Positions 58,684 to 64,000 of a stretch of DNA of 64,000 bases are shown here, piece by piece. The translations under genes were made by a program, and so were the position numbers. Source of the DNA: Dehalococcoidia bacterium (lineage in GTDB: Bacteria; Chloroflexota; Dehalococcoidia; Bin125); the NCBI GenBank assembly GCA_963555985.3, contig OY820591.1, positions 1,760,001 through 1,824,000 of the forward strand, written 5' to 3'. Position 1 is the stretch's first letter; the number at the start of each line of letters is the position of its first letter. The notes below the pieces were generated by a model, which searched no databases, was not told the origin of the DNA, and saw only the letters and a list, made by a program, of their open reading frames with translations.

Positions 58684-59838
58684 ATGAGCTCCAACGGTCA
58701 CAAAGACCCCGTCCTCGTCATCGTCCAGCTGACGGGCGGGAACGACTTCATGAACACGCTCGTCCCCTACAACGAGGGCCACTACTACGACGCGCGGCCG
58801 CTGGTGAACGTCCCACAGGACGAAGTGCTGCCGATCAATGACCAACTCGGCTTCAACCCGGCCGCCTCGCGGCTGAAGGACCTGTACGACAAGGGCGATG
58901 TCGCCGTCGTGCAGGGCATCGGCTACCCGAACTCGTCGCGCTCGCACTTCCGCGGGATGGACATCCTGCACACTTGCGAGCCTGACCGGATCTCGACCGA
59001 GGGCTGGGTGGCGAAGCTGATCGAACGGCTGGACCCGCACAAAGATAATCCGCTGACCGGCGTGAACATCGGGCGCGGGTTGCCGCGCGCGATGGTCAAG
59101 GCGGGCGTGACCGCAACCTCGGTTGGCGACCTTGACAACTACGGCCTGATGCCGGACATCGCCGCCGAAGAAGATCGCAACCGCGACCTCGAGATCTTCA
59201 AGCGGATGTACACGCCCGCAGTCGGAGCGGGGATGGTGATGGACTATCTGCGCCAGACCGGTACCGACTCGCTTGCCGGCGCGGACGTACTGGCCGATGT
59301 TCCGGGACAGTACAGCTCGTCGGTAGAGTACGGCTCGAACCCGATCTCCAAGGCGCTGCGCGATGTCGCGCGGATTCACACCGCCGGCGTCGGCACGCGC
59401 GTGTTCTACACGAACCATGCCGGCTACGACACGCACTCGCACCAGCCGCCTGTGCATCCCAAGCTGCTCCAGGAGCTTTCAGGCGCGTTGGACGACTTCA
59501 TGACCGACCTGCGCGAGCACGATGCCGCCGAAGAAGTCTCGGTCCTGGTCTTCACCGAGTTTGGGCGGCGGATGAAGGACAACAGCTCCGGCACCGACCA
59601 CGGCTCCGGCGGCGGCGCCTTCATCGTCGGCGACCTCGTTGAGGGCGGCCTCTACGCCGAGTACCCGTCGGTCGCGCCGAAAGACTGGCTCAACGGCGAA
59701 GACTTGCAGCACAAGATCGACTTCCGCGGCATCTACGGCACGATGCTCGAACAGTGGATGGGCGTGGAGCCGGAAGAGATCGTGGTTGGCAACTTCGAAC
59801 AGATCCAGCCGTTCAAGCGGACCATGTTCGCCAACTGA
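58684..59838 (+). CDS. DUF1501 family protein (alkaline phosphatase-like fold)
   Basis: QLTGGND, GYPNSSRSHF, GYDTH, EFGRR, GTDHG and DFRGIY. Confidence 0.92.
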   Translation: MSSNGHKDPVLVIVQLTGGNDFMNTLVPYNEGHYYDARPLVNVPQDEVLPINDQLGFNPAASRLKDLYDKGDVAVVQGIGYPNSSRSHFRGMDILHTCEPDRISTEGWVAKLIERLDPHKDNPLTGVNIGRGLPRAMVKAGVTATSVGDLDNYGLMPDIAAEEDRNRDLEIFKRMYTPAVGAGMVMDYLRQTGTDSLAGADVLADVPGQYSSSVEYGSNPISKALRDVARIHTAGVGTRVFYTNHAGYDTHSHQPPVHPKLLQELSGALDDFMTDLREHDAAEEVSVLVFTEFGRRMKDNSSGTDHGSGGGAFIVGDLVEGGLYAEYPSVAPKDWLNGEDLQHKIDFRGIYGTMLEQWMGVEPEEIVVGNFEQIQPFKRTMFAN

Positions 59839-59919
59839 CGCCGGTTCGGGCCGGACAGAGGGTTGGAACCACTGGCAGCAGAGGGCGGCCGCCGAGCCGC
59901 CCCGCAGGAGACAGAGACC

Positions 59920-60945
59920 ATGCCGTTCCCACACGCCATGCTTCGCGCCGGCTACCCCTACAGCCACGTGATCGGAATGCGCCGAGTAACCAGCTTCCCA
60001 GTCGACATCGCCATCGGCGACGACCGGGTGTACGTGATCGGTCGGACCGAGCTCGGGGTCGGCGGCAACATCCGGATGTGCATGTTGAACGACCAGCATC
60101 TGAACGGGCATGTCTCGCACGGCGACCTCGGGACGATGGCCGACACGGGTCACACCTGGCCGGTCGCGCTGCTGCGCTCCGACGACGGCAACCTCTGGGT
60201 GCTTGACGAGGGCGCGCACAACGTGACCACGTACTCACCTGAAGGCGAGAAGCTCGGCCAATGGGGCGAGCACGGCTCGGAGCCGGGTCAGCTGGATCGT
60301 CCGGCGGGGATGGCCTTCGACCCGGCGGGGAACCTCTGGATCGTCGACACGCTGAACCATCGCGTCCAGCAGTTCAGCGCCGAAGGCGAGCACCTAGGCG
60401 GCTTCGGACAGTTCGGCGCGGGGCCGGGGCAGTTCAACATGCCCTGGGGAATCGCGTTCGACGGCGAAGGCGACATGTACGTCTCCGACTGGCGTAACGA
60501 TCGGGTGCAGAAATTCGGCCCGGAAGGCGGCGAGCCGCTGAGCGAGTTCGGCGCAATGCCCGACGGACAGCATCTGACTCGTCCCTGCGGGATTGCGGTC
60601 GACCAGCACGGCGACTTGTATGTCGCGGAACGCGACAAGAACCGCGTCGTGATGTTCGACCATCGCGGGCGTTACGTGGAGTCGTTCTACGGCTCGGCCA
60701 CACTCTCAAAGATGGGGCGCGAGTACATCCGCGCCAACCAGAAGACGCTGCGCCTGCGCGAGATGACCTCACTGGAGCCGCAGAAACTGCTGCGCTTCCC
60801 GCAGGGCGTCCGCTACCAGGACGGGCTGCTCTACATCTGCGACTTCGGATCCCACCGGGTGCAGGTCTACCGCAAGGATGCCGAACCGCTCAACGAAGAC
60901 CAGATTATGGCCGAACTGCGTGCGCCGACTCTGATGACGACCTAA
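59920..60945 (+). CDS. NHL repeat beta-propeller protein
   Basis: Repeated P-GxA.D..G..Y/WV.D..N.RVQ.F units; AGGAG RBS. Confidence 0.9.
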   Translation: MPFPHAMLRAGYPYSHVIGMRRVTSFPVDIAIGDDRVYVIGRTELGVGGNIRMCMLNDQHLNGHVSHGDLGTMADTGHTWPVALLRSDDGNLWVLDEGAHNVTTYSPEGEKLGQWGEHGSEPGQLDRPAGMAFDPAGNLWIVDTLNHRVQQFSAEGEHLGGFGQFGAGPGQFNMPWGIAFDGEGDMYVSDWRNDRVQKFGPEGGEPLSEFGAMPDGQHLTRPCGIAVDQHGDLYVAERDKNRVVMFDHRGRYVESFYGSATLSKMGREYIRANQKTLRLREMTSLEPQKLLRFPQGVRYQDGLLYICDFGSHRVQVYRKDAEPLNEDQIMAELRAPTLMTT

Positions 60946-60984
60946 CTCGCAAATCTCACGCGAGACGGTACGGGCGGCAACCTG

Positions 60985-61323
60985 ATGCCTATGGTCTTCG
61001 GCTTCGCCAGGCAGCGGCGACAACTGCTCGAAGCCGAGTTCCTGCGCATGGCCGGGGAGATGAACCAACTCGGCGCTCAGCGCTTCTGGCTGAGCGGCGA
61101 TCTCGCCCGCGAACGTGTCGGCCCAGACTCTGAACTGGAGTTGGTGATCGTCCGTGAGATGGACGAGCCGTTCCATCGTCGCTCCGACTTCTTCCAGACC
61201 CACCTCCGCCCCCGCGTCGGCACGCGCTTCACGGTCTACACGCCTGCCGAGTTCGACGCACTCGAAGACATGGATCCGATCATTCGGGAGGCGATCTCGT
61301 TAGGGGATCCGGTTTATGTCTAG
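60985..61323 (+). CDS. minimal nucleotidyltransferase-like protein with degenerate active site
   Basis: WLSGDLAR...DSELELVIV aligns to FGSxARG...SDxDL; VYTPAEF motif; overlaps the HEPN gene. Confidence 0.7.
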   Translation: MPMVFGFARQRRQLLEAEFLRMAGEMNQLGAQRFWLSGDLARERVGPDSELELVIVREMDEPFHRRSDFFQTHLRPRVGTRFTVYTPAEFDALEDMDPIIREAISLGDPVYV

Positions 61324-61735
61324 CGAGCATGAACGCGCGGCTGCGGAGTCGTCGCGCTGGTTGCGGCAGGTGGATCACGACCTAGCTGCCGGCCGGTACG
61401 CGGCGGGAGGCGGATATCACGCGCTCGCCTGCTTTCTGGCGCAGCAGGCCGCAGAGAAGAGTGTCTCGGCGTATCTCTTCGCGCGGGGCGCGGAGCGGGT
61501 CTGGGGACATGCGCTGTCGGACCTGTGCGAGGATGCGATGGCCTTGGATAAGACGTTTGACGTGATCAAATCGGTGGCGATGCTGCTGGACAAGTACTAC
61601 TTTCCGACCAGATATCCAACGGGGTTGCCCGGCGGCGTGCCGCACGAGGCGTATGACGAGACGGACTCAGCGCGGGCGCTTGCGATCGCGGAGGACGTAA
61701 AGGGTTTCGTCGAGCGGAGGTTAGTGGGGGAGTAG
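61316..61735 (+). CDS. HEPN domain protein
   Basis: RWLRQ..DL..., ACFLAQQAAEK, GHAL and YYFPTRYP. Confidence 0.88.
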   Translation: MSSEHERAAAESSRWLRQVDHDLAAGRYAAGGGYHALACFLAQQAAEKSVSAYLFARGAERVWGHALSDLCEDAMALDKTFDVIKSVAMLLDKYYFPTRYPTGLPGGVPHEAYDETDSARALAIAEDVKGFVERRLVGE

Positions 61736-61747
61736 CCTGGCGCTGAC

Positions 61748-62041
61748 ATGATCCAGTTTCGGCACGTTCGTCTGAATGAGTATCACTGCGCGCTGCTCGC
61801 TGACCTGATGGAGCAGCAAGATCCACCGCAATCTGAGGTAGTGGTCGTCGATGATGAAGTGAGCGAGAGCGGACTCGTCTTCCGGCCCGCGCTGAGACGG
61901 AGCGGGTATCACCCCGATGTTCTGGCAAAGCTGGCCGAGCATGGCTTGGTCGATCTGACCCGCGCGAGCGACACGGCATTTCGGGTCTACGTGACGCCGG
62001 TCGGACGTGACTACTACGATGACATGTGCGGCCTGACCTGA
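61748..62041 (+). CDS. hypothetical protein (possible winged-helix-like C-terminus)
   Basis: GGGGAG RBS; LAKLAEHGLV...YVTPVGRDYY pattern. Confidence 0.6.
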   Translation: MIQFRHVRLNEYHCALLADLMEQQDPPQSEVVVVDDEVSESGLVFRPALRRSGYHPDVLAKLAEHGLVDLTRASDTAFRVYVTPVGRDYYDDMCGLT

Positions 62042-62066
62042 TTGTATAGCTGACATTGCGAGACGC

Positions 62067-63008
62067 ATGACCGACTCCGAAGCGCGAATGCCGCGACCGC
62101 TCAGCCCCCAGCGCCTGGGCGCGATCCGGCGGCGTTTGCTTCAGTGGTACGCGGAGCATGAGCAGCCGTTCCCTTGGCGCACAGCTGCGGATCCGTATGC
62201 GGCGCTAGTGGCGGCAGTCTGCGCGCAACAGACGCAGATGCCTCGTGTGTTGACGATCTATGAACGTTGGATGCAGGCGTTCCCTACGCTTCACAGCCTG
62301 GCAGCCGCCTCGGACGGGGATGCGCTGCGTGTTTGGGACCGCGCCGGATATCCGCGGCGCGCGCTATATCTGCGCCGAACCGCGGAGATCGTCGTACAGG
62401 AGCATGAGGGTCAGATTCCGTACGACGAGTCTGAGCTGCTGCAATTGCCGGGGGTTGGTCCGTTCACAGCTGCGATCGTACGCTGTTTCGGATTCCAACT
62501 CGACTCGGCGGCGATTGATACAAACGTAGTCCGGCTGCTGGGTCGCTTACTCTTCGGCGATCTTCAGCCGGCCCGAGAGACGCGGGCGGCGGATATCAGG
62601 TGGGCCGCCGATCGACTTGCACCGGCGGGACAGCCGTTGTTCTGGAATCCAGCGGTGATGGACTTCGGCGCTGCAATCTGCTCGCCTCGGCCAAAGTGCG
62701 CGATCTGCCCGCTGTCGCCTCTCTGTGCGGCGCGGAAGCGGTTTGCGGCGGGCGAAATTGCAGCGCCTGTCCGTGCCCAGGGACGCTTCGAAGGGTCGGA
62801 TCGCCAACTGCGGGGGATCATCATGCGAGAACTGCGCGCGCGCCGGACGCCGTTACAGCGGGAACGTCTGATCGAACACGTTCGTGATGCCGGCGAGAGT
62901 GATCGCGAGCGCGTGGAGCGGGCGCTGGAATCGCTCATCGAAGACGGGCTGGCGCAGATGATCGAGGATGCGATTGTGCTTGGCTCGGTGCGGGGCGGTT
63001 CTGCGTAG
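62067..63008 (+). CDS. MutY-like HhH-GPD DNA glycosylase with Fe-S motif, atypical active site
   Basis: FPWR, QQT, LPGVGPFTA (HhH), IDTNV and C-x5-CxxC-x5-C; actinobacterial-type FEGSDRQLRG C-terminus. Confidence 0.85.
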   Translation: MTDSEARMPRPLSPQRLGAIRRRLLQWYAEHEQPFPWRTAADPYAALVAAVCAQQTQMPRVLTIYERWMQAFPTLHSLAAASDGDALRVWDRAGYPRRALYLRRTAEIVVQEHEGQIPYDESELLQLPGVGPFTAAIVRCFGFQLDSAAIDTNVVRLLGRLLFGDLQPARETRAADIRWAADRLAPAGQPLFWNPAVMDFGAAICSPRPKCAICPLSPLCAARKRFAAGEIAAPVRAQGRFEGSDRQLRGIIMRELRARRTPLQRERLIEHVRDAGESDRERVERALESLIEDGLAQMIEDAIVLGSVRGGSA

Positions 63009-63105
63009 CATCACACTGTAGGTGTGTTATATATTGTCGGCTGTACGATATAGACGGGCTGCGGTACAACGTTCGCCCGCAGCGTCGGCAGAACGGAGTG
63101 CTGAG

Positions 63106-63759
63106 ATGGCTGACGAAAACTTGGGTTTGGGTGTGTTGCGCGGCGATTTGAAAGCAGCGCGCGCCAGGCTTCAAACCGACATTGAACGCAAAATGGCAGT
63201 CCGCGACCAGATTGACGCACTGATCAATAGCCTCGGCGATGACGACTCCGCGTCGGCGGGCGCAGCGCTACCGGCGGCAGGCGCCGCATTGCGCGAACGT
63301 CCTGCGGGACGCGCAGCCGCGCAACCCTCACGACGCCGCACCCGTCGGCCGCGAGGGCTGATCACGAACAAGGTGCGTGAGTACCTACAGCGTCAGAGCG
63401 AGCCGGTCCACGCCACCCGGATCTTGCAGTATCTCGAGTCCGAGGGGGCGGCTCCGCAGAGCGAGAAGCCGATGCCGACGTTGCAGTCGACCCTGCAGCG
63501 GATGAAGGAAACAGGCGAAGTGCGCAATACGGGCCGGAATCGCTGGGTGCTAGCGAGTAAGGCCGAACCCGCGCCAACGGCCTCTGCCCCCGCGACTTCC
63601 GAACCCGCGGGCGCTCCCGAGGAACCGGCTGAGGCGGCGACTCCAAGCGCAGCGCCTGCTGAGGCGGAGACACCGGCACCAAGCACCGGCGTTCCCCCGC
63701 GGATTTCGTCGACCACTTCGTTCAGCTCCTTCGGCGGGCGATCGCCCTCAGAGGCGTAG
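63106..63759 (+). CDS. hypothetical coiled-coil + putative winged-helix DNA-binding protein
   Basis: GGAG RBS; N-terminal coil, RRRTRRPRG linker, helix-helix-helix-wing (GRNRW) and Ala/Pro/Glu-rich tail. Confidence 0.65.
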   Translation: MADENLGLGVLRGDLKAARARLQTDIERKMAVRDQIDALINSLGDDDSASAGAALPAAGAALRERPAGRAAAQPSRRRTRRPRGLITNKVREYLQRQSEPVHATRILQYLESEGAAPQSEKPMPTLQSTLQRMKETGEVRNTGRNRWVLASKAEPAPTASAPATSEPAGAPEEPAEAATPSAAPAEAETPAPSTGVPPRISSTTSFSSFGGRSPSEA

Positions 63760-64000
63760 GTCGAGCAAGTCTCGCCCTCGGCGCGTCTTCGAGGGTTGCC
63801 AACGTTGTCAATCGCTTGCTGTCCGTTCGCCTAGGTGTGGGCCAGCGAAGGTCCCATCCTTCCGCGACTCCACAGCGCGCGCCAGGACGCCGACAACTGC
63901 GGCTTGATCTGGGTTAGGCTGCGGATTGCAGAATCCGACAAACAGGAATGGAGCCGACGATGCTGTTTGAACTGCGCCAATACACGATCAACGACGGCTA

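Noticed and set aside
63064-63074. Second LexA box (GTAC-AAC-GTTC)
   Set aside because: The spacer is 3 nt rather than 4.

Overview
High-GC bacterial chromosome segment. The gene set and motifs suggest a Chloroflexota (Dehalococcoidia/SAR202-like, possibly host- or sponge-associated) genome; this taxonomy is inferred, not proven. The left half (1-29.4 kb) is core housekeeping. It holds an orphan Dam-like DNA adenine methyltransferase, trmD, and a near-complete dcw cluster on the minus strand (mraZ-rsmH-ftsL-ftsI-murF-mraY-murD-ftsW-murG-murC-murB-ddl-ftsQ-ftsA-ftsZ, with no murE). On the plus strand follow mog/moaB, a radical SAM gene, yggS-proC-yggT, recA-recX, rny, a PHP gene, fabZ and tRNA-Asp(GTC). 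The right half is accessory and catabolic: a single-chain acyl-CoA carboxylase, a fused family III CoA-transferase, tandem GMC oxidoreductases, tandem DHA2 MFS transporters, a DUF35/Ltp2-like pair, serine hydrolases, an FN3 protein, ParDE and a DgoD-like enolase. It continues with an all-in-one GAF-PAS-kinase-REC-wHTH regulator, ThuA, a His-repeat helical protein divergent from a signal-less DUF1800-DUF1501-NHL operon, an HEPN gene with a degenerate MNT partner, and a MutY-like gene lacking its catalytic Glu. Two families of intergenic REP-like palindromes, a MITE-like hairpin inside the dcw operon and a strong local strand skew are also visible. The best candidate for an undescribed system is the 50.6-61 kb module.
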